Source of the DNA: Turneriella sp.
GTDB taxonomy: Bacteria; Spirochaetota; Leptospiria; Turneriellales; Turneriellaceae
DNA: 64,000 nucleotides
Reading direction: 5' to 3'
Assembly: GCA_965279515.1 (NCBI GenBank)
Contig: CBDIID010000003.1
Span: 1,728,001 to 1,792,000 of the forward strand
The translations under genes were made by a program, and so were the position numbers. This document shows positions 27,602 through 36,993 of this stretch, piece after piece; the stretch's first letter is position 1; each line of letters opens with the position of its first letter. Below the pieces are notes generated by a model. That model did not search any database. It was not told the DNA's origin and was given only the letters and a program-made list of their open reading frames with translations.

Positions 27602-27961
27602 ATGGCTCTCAATGTTCTCGGCACAGAGCTGCAATCGTGCAGCACCGAACCTCTCACGGGTTTTTTCCGCGACGGTTGCTGCAATACCAATGCCGAAGAC
27701 ACCGGCATGCACACGGTCTGCGTCGAGGTCACGGATGATTTCCTGGAATTCAGTAAATCTGTAGGCAACGATCTTTCTACCCCCGTGCCTCAATATGAAT
27801 TTTTTGGTCTCAGCGAAGGTGACCGCTGGTGCCTGTGTATGCCCCGCTGGATAGAAGCCTACAATGCGAACAGTGCCCCGCGCGTCGTGCTCGAAGCCAC
27901 ACATGTCTCGGTACTTGAACACATTGATCTTGACCTCTTAAGGCGCTTTGCCGTCGCATAA
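27602..27961 (+). CDS. DUF2237 family protein
   Basis: NVLG..L..CS..PLTGFFRDGCC, GNDLSTP, GDRWCLC. Confidence 0.9.
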   Translation: MALNVLGTELQSCSTEPLTGFFRDGCCNTNAEDTGMHTVCVEVTDDFLEFSKSVGNDLSTPVPQYEFFGLSEGDRWCLCMPRWIEAYNANSAPRVVLEATHVSVLEHIDLDLLRRFAVA

Positions 27962-27964
27962 ATT

Positions 27965-28753
27965 ATGAAATGGATTCTTTTTTTCCTAGCCGCGTCGGCT
28001 CTGAGTGCCGACGGCATTAACTATTTAAAACTGGGGAAAACGCACCGCCTGATCGGGCATAAAGTGCGCGTCCGGGCCGAGCCCGACGCCAAGGCAAAGA
28101 TTCTCGCCGAATTCTCTATTGGTTCCGAAGTCACTCCCGTAAAACAGACCGAGATCAAGATGACGCAGGACGGTGTCGAGGCCCCGTGGTATAAAGTGAC
28201 CTTCATGCGCGATGGCCAGAAAAAAGAGGGTTTTATCTGGGGCAACCTGATCGCAAAGGGTTTTGCAGAAGGCAAAGACGGGTTATTATTCCTCTACGGC
28301 ATCGGCCGCGGGGTTAAGTCCGATCCGACGTGGACAAACTATTCGTCGCAGGTGCGCGTCGCCAAAGACGGCACAGAACTCGCGCGACTCGAAATCAAAG
28401 AAGGTGTCGGTTTTATGTCAGGAGAAGAGATCGCGCTGCGCGACGGGACAGGATTCGACGGCGTCGGGAATATCTTCAGTATCCGCTTCATTCAGGAATA
28501 TTGCGGCGGCAAAGGCAATACGATCTTCGTTTTCTGGACCGGCAAAAAACTACTGTTCGTTCACAGCTCGATCGACGGCGCCGACGCTCCCGTTTATGCC
28601 ACAGAGAAACAGACTTTCCCCGGGGAAAAAGCGGGTAAGAAGAATCACCTCTACATTGAGCAGGAATGGGGTGACCATGATGATCCCAAGGCGACGAAAT
28701 TCGAAAAATTCTGGCTGAAGTGGACGGGAGAGAAACTGGAAAAAGTGCCCTGA
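27965..28753 (+). CDS. Exported bacterial SH3 domain protein
   Basis: Signal peptide; VRVRAEP...APWYKV...EGFIWG. Confidence 0.8.
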   Translation: MKWILFFLAASALSADGINYLKLGKTHRLIGHKVRVRAEPDAKAKILAEFSIGSEVTPVKQTEIKMTQDGVEAPWYKVTFMRDGQKKEGFIWGNLIAKGFAEGKDGLLFLYGIGRGVKSDPTWTNYSSQVRVAKDGTELARLEIKEGVGFMSGEEIALRDGTGFDGVGNIFSIRFIQEYCGGKGNTIFVFWTGKKLLFVHSSIDGADAPVYATEKQTFPGEKAGKKNHLYIEQEWGDHDDPKATKFEKFWLKWTGEKLEKVP

Positions 28754-28762
28754 GATTTTCCG

Positions 28763-29698
28763 GTGCAAGATCTCGAAAACCGCCTCAGGCGGATGCAAAA
28801 ACACTGGGCGAAGTGGGCCCGCCGGCGGGGCATCACCTGTTACCGCGTTTACGACCGCGATATCCCTGAGTATCCGTACATTGCCGACATCTATGAAGAT
28901 CATTTGATCCTCACGGAAATGCCGACCGATGCCTTCGAAGCACGTAAGGATATCGAAACTGTGCGGAAAGAAATCCGGCAAATTTTTTCCACGGTATTCG
29001 AAATCCCCCCTGAAAAGCTGCATCAAAAAAAACGCGTGCGCCGCAGCGAGGGCGAGCAACATGAGAAACTTGCAGAAGCGGATGGGTTTGTAGCGCACGA
29101 AGCCGGGCTGCAATTCAAGATCTATCCCGATAACTGGCTCGACACGGGTCTTTTTCTCGACCATCGCAACCTGCGCGCTGAGGTGAGGAAAATCGCAGCG
29201 GGCAAAAAAGTTCTCAACCTGTTCTGTTATACCGGTTCCTTCAGCGTTTATGCGGCAGCAGGGGGAGCGTCACTGGTCCACAGCGTCGATCTTTCGGCGC
29301 GCTACCTCGAAATCGTTTCGGAAAATTTCAAACTCAACGAAGCCATTTTCCCGCCGGGGTTAATCCGCGAAAATTTTCGCAGCGATGCCCGCGAGTTTCT
29401 GAAAACAGCGGATGCTGCGTTCTATGATATCATCATCTGCGATGCGCCGGTATTTTCAAAAAGCCGCAGGCAGGAACGCGACTTCGACGTGTTGCGCGAC
29501 CATCCCGAGCTGGTGAGGGATTGTCTTAAGGTGCTCAGACCCGATGGCGTTCTCTTTTTTTCAACCAACTTCCGTAAGTTCCGCATCCGTTTTCCCGCTG
29601 AGGGAGAAACCGGGCAGGTAAAAGACATCAGCGCGAAGACCATCCCTGAGGATTTCCGAAATAAGTGGATCCATGCCTGCTATGAGATCCGGCCTTGA
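28763..29698 (+). CDS. SAM-dependent rRNA methyltransferase (RlmK/RlmI-like, stand-alone)
   Basis: YRVYDRDIPEY, DTGLFLDHR, VLNLFCYTGSFS, FSTN, TIPEDF. Confidence 0.9.
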   Translation: MQDLENRLRRMQKHWAKWARRRGITCYRVYDRDIPEYPYIADIYEDHLILTEMPTDAFEARKDIETVRKEIRQIFSTVFEIPPEKLHQKKRVRRSEGEQHEKLAEADGFVAHEAGLQFKIYPDNWLDTGLFLDHRNLRAEVRKIAAGKKVLNLFCYTGSFSVYAAAGGASLVHSVDLSARYLEIVSENFKLNEAIFPPGLIRENFRSDAREFLKTADAAFYDIIICDAPVFSKSRRQERDFDVLRDHPELVRDCLKVLRPDGVLFFSTNFRKFRIRFPAEGETGQVKDISAKTIPEDFRNKWIHACYEIRP

Positions 29699-29773
29699 TT
29701 GGGCAGATAGTAAAAGCCAAAAAAAAACAGATTTCGGGTAACAGAATTGAAGCGCCCGGTTGTTGCATAACAT

Positions 29774-30853
29774 ATGAAAAACAGAAAAATTGGAATGCTA
29801 TTCCTGGGATTATTTCTGATGAAGAACATATTCGCAGTCGAACTTGCAGAATTCGGGCCAACAGCCGGAGATAAGATCCCGCAAGAAGTACTGAAGGGTA
29901 GGATAGCTGTGCTCAAATTCGCGCCTGCCAGGGCCGAAAGCTTTGATCAATTGTGTGTAGACCTGCGATCAAAACTGATCATCTATCTCAGCCAAAAAGG
30001 ATTTCGCGTCCTTGAGCGGGAAGATATCGGCAGCGTACTCAGGGAAAAAGAACTCGTCCAGAATGGCCTTCTGCAATCCAAAGACCAGGCGCTTCAGAAT
30101 GCGGAACAGGTTGACTATGTTATCTCCGGTAGCGTCGGGCGCCTCGATGGGCAAACGATCGCGGTAACGATAAAAGTCGTCGAAGTCCGCACGCTGCGAA
30201 TGGTGTCTTTAAACGACACTCTTGTTGCAGCCGGAAATCCTCTTGCAAATACACCCGGATTCCATGCACATGACGGCTTCTATTTTGCCTCAAATCTGGG
30301 ATTTGGCTACCAGGGCACCACTGTTTCCGAATTTCAAGGCTTCTCAGAACTCGGTCTGAAAAGTTCCTCTCTGATCCTTGGGATTAAAGCCGGCTGGTCG
30401 CTCAATCCATCATGGGTGTTCGCTCTCGGAATACAAACTCTGTTCCTGGGGGCATTTGGTGCTCCGGCAATAAATTCGGCACCCGACATTATTACCGAGA
30501 CGCCCAATCAAACCAAACAACTATCTGTAACGATGACAGGACCCCACGTCACTTATTACTGGCCTTCCAATTACTTTGCAACTGCTTCGATCGCAACCGC
30601 GGGTATTCTCTACAAAGATCCGGCAAAAGAAATCAACATTGATAATGGCTACGGGCTTACGGCTGGCTTTGGGCGCGAATGGTGGATTTCAAAAAATTGG
30701 GGAATCGGTTTTCTGGTTCAGATGTCATACAGCCGCGTCGAACTGAAGAACATTGACCTGGCCCTGACAACGACACAGGGAACAGTAAGCGATAGAAATT
30801 TCGTGCTCTCGACGTGGTCGCTCACCGTTTCGGTGAGCGCCACCTACAATTAA
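29774..30853 (+). CDS. Exported protein: CsgG/FlgO-like domain fused to a probable outer-membrane beta-barrel
   Basis: FRVLEREDIGSVLREKEL, VDYVISGSV; then HDGFYF, GREWWISKNWGIG, terminal VSVSATYN. Confidence 0.6.
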   Translation: MKNRKIGMLFLGLFLMKNIFAVELAEFGPTAGDKIPQEVLKGRIAVLKFAPARAESFDQLCVDLRSKLIIYLSQKGFRVLEREDIGSVLREKELVQNGLLQSKDQALQNAEQVDYVISGSVGRLDGQTIAVTIKVVEVRTLRMVSLNDTLVAAGNPLANTPGFHAHDGFYFASNLGFGYQGTTVSEFQGFSELGLKSSSLILGIKAGWSLNPSWVFALGIQTLFLGAFGAPAINSAPDIITETPNQTKQLSVTMTGPHVTYYWPSNYFATASIATAGILYKDPAKEINIDNGYGLTAGFGREWWISKNWGIGFLVQMSYSRVELKNIDLALTTTQGTVSDRNFVLSTWSLTVSVSATYN

Positions 30854-30856
30854 GGT

Positions 30857-31363
30857 TTAAGCGCCTTTTGCCGCGGCGAGAGCTTTTTCGTAATTGGGTT
30901 CGTTGACAGTTTCAGCAACCTGCTCCGTATAGACAACCTTGCCTGACGCGTCGGCAACGACTACGCTGCGCGAAAGCAGGCCCTGCATCGGGCCGTCGGC
31001 AAAGGCCACGCCCCAATCTGTGCCGAATTTTTTGTCTTTAAAGTCAGATGCCGTGATGACGTTGGAAATCCCTTCCGCACCGCAGAAACGCTTCTGTGCG
31101 AAGGGTAAATCCGCTGAAACGCAGAGCACAACGGTATCGGCCAGCGAAGCTGCCTGCTCGTTGAACTTACGCACTGAGGTCGCGCAGGTAGCCGTATCGA
31201 TGCTGGGAAAGATATTGAAGATCACCTTTTTGCCTGCGAGATCAGAAGATCTGATATCGGAGAGATCTTGTTTGGTGAGGCGGAAATCGGGTACTTTAGA
31301 ACCAACCGCAGGAAGATTGCCTGCCGTATTCAGGGGATTTCCCTTGAGGGTAACTTGTGCCAT
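30857..31363 (-). CDS. tpx: Thiol peroxidase (atypical 2-Cys peroxiredoxin)
   Basis: NIFPSIDTATCATSVRKFN, SADLPFAQKRFCGAEG. Confidence 0.96.
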   Translation of the reverse strand: MAQVTLKGNPLNTAGNLPAVGSKVPDFRLTKQDLSDIRSSDLAGKKVIFNIFPSIDTATCATSVRKFNEQAASLADTVVLCVSADLPFAQKRFCGAEGISNVITASDFKDKKFGTDWGVAFADGPMQGLLSRSVVVADASGKVVYTEQVAETVNEPNYEKALAAAKGA

Positions 31364-31408
31364 GGGCGTTTCTTCTGTTCGCGCTCTCTCTGTACACAAC
31401 TATGCCGC

Positions 31409-33238
31409 ATGTGCGGTATAGTCGGGTATATCGGCCCGAAGTCCATCGAATCGGTACTGCTTGTCGGCCTGCAAAAACTCGAATACCGTGGTTATGACTC
31501 TTCAGGCATGGCCGTCCTTAACGGCGGAGAACTCGCTACGCGAAAGGCTGTTGGCAAAATTGCCGAGCTGGAAAAACAACTCAAAAATCAACCCATCTTC
31601 GGCAGTGTCGGCATCGGTCACACGCGCTGGGCAACCCATGGCGAACCTTCGATGGTTAATGCCCACCCACACCTGAACAGCCATAAAAATATCGCCGTGG
31701 TCCATAATGGCATTTTCGAAAATTACGCGAAGCTGCGTGCCGAACTCGTTGATGATGGCCATGTCTTTCTGAGTGAAACGGATACTGAAGTCGCTCCACA
31801 CCTCATGGATAAATATATCCAGGAGGGTTTCTCGGCGGAGGAAGCGTTTGTCCGTATGCTGAAACGGGTGGAAGGACAGTACGCCATCGCCGCAATCTGT
31901 GAAAAATCCGAACGTAAAATCTTTTTCGCCCGAAAGGGTTCGCCACTGATTGTGGCTCGCGGGAATAATGAATATCTGATCGCATCCGACATCCCCGCTG
32001 TCGTACCGATTGCGCATGAGGCCATTTATCTGGAAGACGATCAATGGGGCTATATTGCCGCGGAAGGGGTTTCTATTTTTAATGCCGCGGGTGAACCAAT
32101 CCAGGCGGCATGGCAGCCGGTTTCGATGAGCGCCGAAGATGTCGACAAAGGCGATTATGAATACCTGATGCTCAAGGAAATTTACGAGCAACCGGACGTT
32201 TTCGAGCGCATTTTTAAGGAACGCCTGGATGACACCTTCATTCATTTCCCTGAACTCAAATTCGGCAAGGAATACCTGGCGCGTGTGGGCAGAATACTGA
32301 TTCAGGCATGCGGCACTTCACTCAACGCGGGCATGATTGGACGCATGTATCTTGAGCAGTTCGCGCACATCAGCGCGGAAACAGACTATTCGTCTGAATG
32401 GCGGTATCGCAACCCTCTCGCCAGCGGCGATTCGCTGGTCGTAGGCATTAGCCAGTCGGGAGAAACCGCGGACACCCTTGCCGGCATGCGCGAGGCGAAG
32501 GCAAAATTCATGCGCGTGCTTTCATTTCTGAACAATGTCAATTCCACCATGGCGCGCGAATCCGATGCGATGATTAGCCTCATGGCCGGGCCCGAAATCG
32601 GTGTTGCTTCGACCAAGGCATTCACCGCGCAGGTTTTGAATCTGCTGTTTTTCTCCCTCTACGTAGGTTCGATCAAATGGTTGCTGCCGGCCGAAGAACG
32701 CACCACGGTCCTGAATGAAATCCGTGCACTGCCCGATAAGATGCGTAAAATTCTGCAGAGCCATGACCGCATTAAGGAAATTGCCCAGTTCTTAAAAGAT
32801 AAGAACGACACGATTTTTCTCGGGCGAACTTACAATTATCCTTCGGCACTCGAGGGAGCGCTGAAGCTCAAGGAAATATCATATATCCACGCCTCGGGTT
32901 ATGCCGGCGGCGAATTTAAGCACGGTCCTCTTGCGCTGGTGAGCGATAATGTTCCCGTGGTGATTATTGCACCGCAGGGGGATATCCGCACCAAGATGAT
33001 TTCAAACCTGAAAGAGGCGCAGTCAAGAAAAGGCAAGATTATTTCGATAATAACCGAAGGCGATGAGGAAATCAAGAAAGAGTCTGATTTTTATGTCGAA
33101 ATTCCCCCCTGCCTCGAGAGCATCTCACCGCTTTTGGTTGCCATTCCATTGCAGCTTCTGGCATACTACACAGCGATTGAGCGCGGCTGCGATGTGGATC
33201 GTCCCCGCAACCTTGCGAAATCCGTAACTGTAGAGTAG
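31409..33238 (+). CDS. glmS: Glutamine-fructose-6-phosphate transaminase
   Basis: MCGIVG, LEYRGYDS, GHTRWATHG, SQSGETADT, RPRNLAKSVTVE. Confidence 0.98.
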   Translation: MCGIVGYIGPKSIESVLLVGLQKLEYRGYDSSGMAVLNGGELATRKAVGKIAELEKQLKNQPIFGSVGIGHTRWATHGEPSMVNAHPHLNSHKNIAVVHNGIFENYAKLRAELVDDGHVFLSETDTEVAPHLMDKYIQEGFSAEEAFVRMLKRVEGQYAIAAICEKSERKIFFARKGSPLIVARGNNEYLIASDIPAVVPIAHEAIYLEDDQWGYIAAEGVSIFNAAGEPIQAAWQPVSMSAEDVDKGDYEYLMLKEIYEQPDVFERIFKERLDDTFIHFPELKFGKEYLARVGRILIQACGTSLNAGMIGRMYLEQFAHISAETDYSSEWRYRNPLASGDSLVVGISQSGETADTLAGMREAKAKFMRVLSFLNNVNSTMARESDAMISLMAGPEIGVASTKAFTAQVLNLLFFSLYVGSIKWLLPAEERTTVLNEIRALPDKMRKILQSHDRIKEIAQFLKDKNDTIFLGRTYNYPSALEGALKLKEISYIHASGYAGGEFKHGPLALVSDNVPVVIIAPQGDIRTKMISNLKEAQSRKGKIISIITEGDEEIKKESDFYVEIPPCLESISPLLVAIPLQLLAYYTAIERGCDVDRPRNLAKSVTVE

Positions 33239-33239
33239 C

Positions 33240-34346
33240 ATGCCCGAAAAAACGCGGAAAAGACCTGCCCTGAGTTCGTCGAAGGGCGGCGTCAAGAAGC
33301 GTACCAACTCAGCGGCCAAACCAAAATCCGCAGCCTTGCCGAAAACCGGCACTACCAAAGAAGAAACACCACAGCTGACTGAGATGCAGGAAGCGCGCAG
33401 CGAGCGCGATGAAAAAGTACATGCCCTGTTGCCCGATATTCAAAAGAAAAAGCCCGAGGCCCTCGCCGAATTTTTCGAAGTTTTTTCAGACGACATCTAT
33501 AACTTTCCCATGCGGATGTTCCGCTTCAATGAAGACGAGGCGAGCGAATTTTATCTCTACGCATTCGAACATTTGCGCGACGGCCGCAAAATCTCCAGCT
33601 TCCAGGGGAAGGCCAAGTTTACCACCTGGTTTTATGCGGTATTGAGGAACCTGACGATTGACTTTCTGCGTTCGCAGAAAGACAAGATGCGTTTCACGAC
33701 CTACCTCAAGGCCGATGCCTCGGGCAAGATGGTAGACGCCATCGAATCCGTTTCAGATACGCGCGATCAGAACCTTTTTGAAGAGACCTTATTCGAGCAG
33801 TTCAATACCTCGCTCACCTCGCTGGCACTGGCGCAACGCGTGCTCTTCAAACTCGCGTATGCCTGGTATTTTGAACTCAATGCCGAAGAACTGGAATACC
33901 TGACAGATTTGCATAAAAAATCTCCCGCTGAAATCTTAAGCCGCCTGCAGGAACTCAAAAAAGTAGCGCACGAACGCTCCGTCGAGGTGCGTGATCTCGA
34001 AGAAAAACTCACCAGTAACTTTCAGGGTATTTCGGTACTTGAAACCAAGGTCGAGGCTTTTTTCCGCGAGAATCCGGACATCGACAAAAGACGCGAAACA
34101 TGGAATGAAGAATTTTTCTCGACGACGATACCGCCGCAGATCACCGACATGATCCAGAGCCTGATGAAGAAGAAGAAAAAGCAGCAATCGCTGCTGCTGC
34201 ACCAGAAAAAAAGTCTGTTGTCGATCCGCGTACCCTACAAAGATCTCGGTGAATTATTGCAAAGCACGCAGGGAGTTCTCTCGGTGCAGTTAATCCGCAT
34301 CGTCGAAAAACTCAGCCAGTCGCTGACGAATCCGCTTGGCGAATAA
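33240..34346 (+). CDS. Sigma-70 family (ECF-like) RNA polymerase sigma factor with an insertion in region 4
   Basis: Region 2 AKFTTWFYAVLRNLTIDFLRS; region 4 halves LTSLALAQRVLFKLAY and PYKDLGELLQSTQGVLSVQLIR. Confidence 0.8.
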   Translation: MPEKTRKRPALSSSKGGVKKRTNSAAKPKSAALPKTGTTKEETPQLTEMQEARSERDEKVHALLPDIQKKKPEALAEFFEVFSDDIYNFPMRMFRFNEDEASEFYLYAFEHLRDGRKISSFQGKAKFTTWFYAVLRNLTIDFLRSQKDKMRFTTYLKADASGKMVDAIESVSDTRDQNLFEETLFEQFNTSLTSLALAQRVLFKLAYAWYFELNAEELEYLTDLHKKSPAEILSRLQELKKVAHERSVEVRDLEEKLTSNFQGISVLETKVEAFFRENPDIDKRRETWNEEFFSTTIPPQITDMIQSLMKKKKKQQSLLLHQKKSLLSIRVPYKDLGELLQSTQGVLSVQLIRIVEKLSQSLTNPLGE

Positions 34347-34354
34347 TACAGATT

Positions 34355-35233
34355 TTAAACGGGGGAAATCCCCACTGCCCGCACCCCCAGTTCTGTGACG
34401 GCGAGAGTAAAGCTCAGGCCATCACCCTTACGCGGCTGCCATTCGGCCGGAATATTTTCACGGAAAAAAGGAATATAATCGTGCGGGCCTTTGGCTTCGA
34501 TCTGGCCGCGGCCGCTATTGCGGTTAAAGAACTTCACAGTGCCGCGGATGCTGCGGCCATCGAGTTGGTAATAAGCCAGAAGGGCCTCGAGGGTATGCGC
34601 CGAAGAGATTGCGGCGTTCAGCTTTTTCAGCAACTGGTCAAAATCCTGTAAATGTTTCGCATAGTCGGCCTGCGGAATCTGCCGGTAAAGGCGGCCATCC
34701 CAGTTTTGCAGGTGCACCAGGTTGCGGATCTCATTGCGGAAAGCATCGAGTTCGTCGGCGAGCGCGGCATCGACGATCTGCATTCCGCGCAGCTGCTGCG
34801 CATGCATCGCAAAGGTGCGCTTGCGGATCAGGTTCAGCAGGTTCTGGTGCCCGGCATGGGTCGACCCTTTCGAGCGGTCTGACGCATCGGAGACAACCAG
34901 CGGATCGGCAATGAGGGCAAAGACCACTGCCTCGATGATAATTCCCTGCGTGATCAGGAGCTGAAAGAACAGCGCGCTTTCGAGCGAATACTGCGGCTTG
35001 AAAAGTTTGTATTGCCAGAGCTGGTATTCAATCAGCTGCAGCATGTAGCAGATATTTGACTTAAACTCCGAATCTTTAAGATACTTGAAGTAGGTATCCC
35101 GGTAATAATCGATGGTCTTGAGCGTGCCCTTGGGTATCGCCAACGGAATCTGCGCGCCGAATTTTTCCGAAAACTCGACGAACTCACGGATGAGATGCTG
35201 TGCCCTGTATTGAGGAGTCGTTTGGCCTTCCAT
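34355..35233 (-). CDS. Hypothetical protein: helical HEPN-like domain plus C-terminal cold-shock-like domain
   Basis: LDAFRNEIRNLVH; C-terminal IRGTVKFFNRNSGRGQI...GDGLSFTL...GVRAVGI. Confidence 0.6.
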   Translation of the reverse strand: MEGQTTPQYRAQHLIREFVEFSEKFGAQIPLAIPKGTLKTIDYYRDTYFKYLKDSEFKSNICYMLQLIEYQLWQYKLFKPQYSLESALFFQLLITQGIIIEAVVFALIADPLVVSDASDRSKGSTHAGHQNLLNLIRKRTFAMHAQQLRGMQIVDAALADELDAFRNEIRNLVHLQNWDGRLYRQIPQADYAKHLQDFDQLLKKLNAAISSAHTLEALLAYYQLDGRSIRGTVKFFNRNSGRGQIEAKGPHDYIPFFRENIPAEWQPRKGDGLSFTLAVTELGVRAVGISPV

Positions 35234-35293
35234 TTTATTATGTCACTTGATATTTGCGAAGGGAACCGGGGGTATGCGCAGCGTCAATCCGGT

Positions 35294-36361
35294 TTATTTT
35301 TTCGGCCGGCGCCTTACACTGCCGGCGATCGGCGCCTTTTCCAGAATGGTAATCGCCTTCTTCTCGCCGCGGATCTCCACAAAAAGTTCTGTGCCTTTTG
35401 CGGCGGCATCAAAGCGCATCATACCCATGCCGTAATTTTTCGTAAAAGAAAAGGTTCCGGATGTGACCTCGCCGACCTTCGCGCCGCCGGCATTCACAAT
35501 GGGATATCCCTGGCGGGGCACACCTTCCGCGTTCAGCGAAAAACCATACGTCACCTGACCGATAGCTTTTTCCCGCAGCGCCTTCGGCGCGATGCAGTCG
35601 TGGTCAGCGTAGATAAAGGCAATGCCTGATTCCTGTGGCCTGAGCTCGGTGGAAAGCTCATGGCCGTAGAGCGGCATCAGTGCCTCGAGGCGCAAGACAT
35701 CGCGCGCCGCGAGGCCGCAGGGCATAACGCCCGCCGCCTGCAGGTCTTGCCAAAGCTTCACGCCCTCGGCCATCGGGCAGGCAATCTCAAAGCCGTCTTC
35801 CCCGGTATAACCCATGCGGCCGATGAAAGTTGTCTCCGCCGGCAGGCGCACTTCGTAATAATACATCTCATCGAGAAAGGAAAACTTCTTCGCAAGAAAT
35901 TCATGCGCCTTAGGTCCCTGTACGGCGATCAGGGTGTAATCCGCCCACGGAGAAACTTCGACCAGATCAGCAATGTGCTTTTTTAACAAAGCGACGTCGA
36001 CCTCGCGGTTGCCGGCATTCGCAACGATGAGCCAGTGCGTGTCGCTGATCGCCGAAACTGTAATATCATCGACGAGGCCTGCGTTTTCATTGTAGAGTGC
36101 ATTGTATTGCGCCTTACCGGCTTTCAGTTTGTCAGGAACACGCACGCAGATACGGCTGAGCGCCGTCACCAGGTCGTCGCGGCTTTTAGCCTTGAGCGAA
36201 ACCGGCAGCATGTGCGAAACATCGAACATGCCGCAGCGTTCGCGTACCGCGGTTACCTCGTCTTTGACCGCACCGTACGAAACCGGCATATTGTAACCGG
36301 CAAACGGTGTGAACTTTGCGTTCAGCTTCTTATGCTCGTCAAAGAGCGGCGTGGTATTCAT
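35294..36361 (-). CDS. gcvT: Glycine cleavage system aminomethyltransferase T
   Basis: FAGYNMPVSY, GMFDVSHM, GYTGEDGFEI, GLAARDVLRLEA..PLYGHEL. Confidence 0.96.
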   Translation of the reverse strand: MNTTPLFDEHKKLNAKFTPFAGYNMPVSYGAVKDEVTAVRERCGMFDVSHMLPVSLKAKSRDDLVTALSRICVRVPDKLKAGKAQYNALYNENAGLVDDITVSAISDTHWLIVANAGNREVDVALLKKHIADLVEVSPWADYTLIAVQGPKAHEFLAKKFSFLDEMYYYEVRLPAETTFIGRMGYTGEDGFEIACPMAEGVKLWQDLQAAGVMPCGLAARDVLRLEALMPLYGHELSTELRPQESGIAFIYADHDCIAPKALREKAIGQVTYGFSLNAEGVPRQGYPIVNAGGAKVGEVTSGTFSFTKNYGMGMMRFDAAAKGTELFVEIRGEKKAITILEKAPIAGSVRRRPKK

Positions 36362-36993
36362 GCAGTCGGCGTAATTTTATGAATCAGCTTTTCAATCCGC
36401 TTTTGTTGTGAAGCCTTGGGCAGCGATTTTAACCGACTTTTGAGTATCGCCTGAAATTCGACCATGGCCTTTTCATCGAGTACCGGGGCGCACATTTCCG
36501 CGTACATACCGAACTGGTTTGCCGGGCTGTTTTTCAGCCGGCTGAAAAGCGGCGGCAATGCCTGCGCCGCATGTTTCTTAATGCCGGCAAGTTTCACAAG
36601 AATTGCTGTGGCATGATCGTTGGTAATCACCGACCCCTGATTTGCCGCAGACAAAATCGTGCCGAGCTGTTCGGCAATGAGATCGGCATCAAAAGCGGCA
36701 ATCAAATCGAGGGCCTTCATCGCGCCCCACTGCAGGCGGTTATTATCGCTCGCCAAAAGCCCGGCGAAGAAACTGACCCTGCCCGCAATGAGTTCGGGCT
36801 TCAGTGCGGCTATTTCATAGAGCACTTTGATCGCGTCATTTTGAATGCCCGGCTTATCTGTCTCCACAAGGCGGATTAACTCCGCTACGGATTCTTTGTC
36901 GCCGGCCGCGGCAATTTTCTGTGCCAGGGCAATATTCGCGGCTTCACCTCGCTGCCCTTTCGAAGAAGACAATTGGTCTGTGATACTCATCAT
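36358..36993 (-). CDS. HEAT/ARM-repeat hypothetical protein
   Basis: Helical repeats (IQNDAIKVLYEI, NNRLQWGAMKAL, GSVIT); stop/start overlaps on both sides. Confidence 0.7.
   Translation of the reverse strand: MMSITDQLSSSKGQRGEAANIALAQKIAAAGDKESVAELIRLVETDKPGIQNDAIKVLYEIAALKPELIAGRVSFFAGLLASDNNRLQWGAMKALDLIAAFDADLIAEQLGTILSAANQGSVITNDHATAILVKLAGIKKHAAQALPPLFSRLKNSPANQFGMYAEMCAPVLDEKAMVEFQAILKSRLKSLPKASQQKRIEKLIHKITPTA

Noticed and set aside
31364..31408. glmS ribozyme upstream of glmS
   Set aside because: Only 45 nt separate the divergent tpx and glmS starts, too short for the ribozyme.
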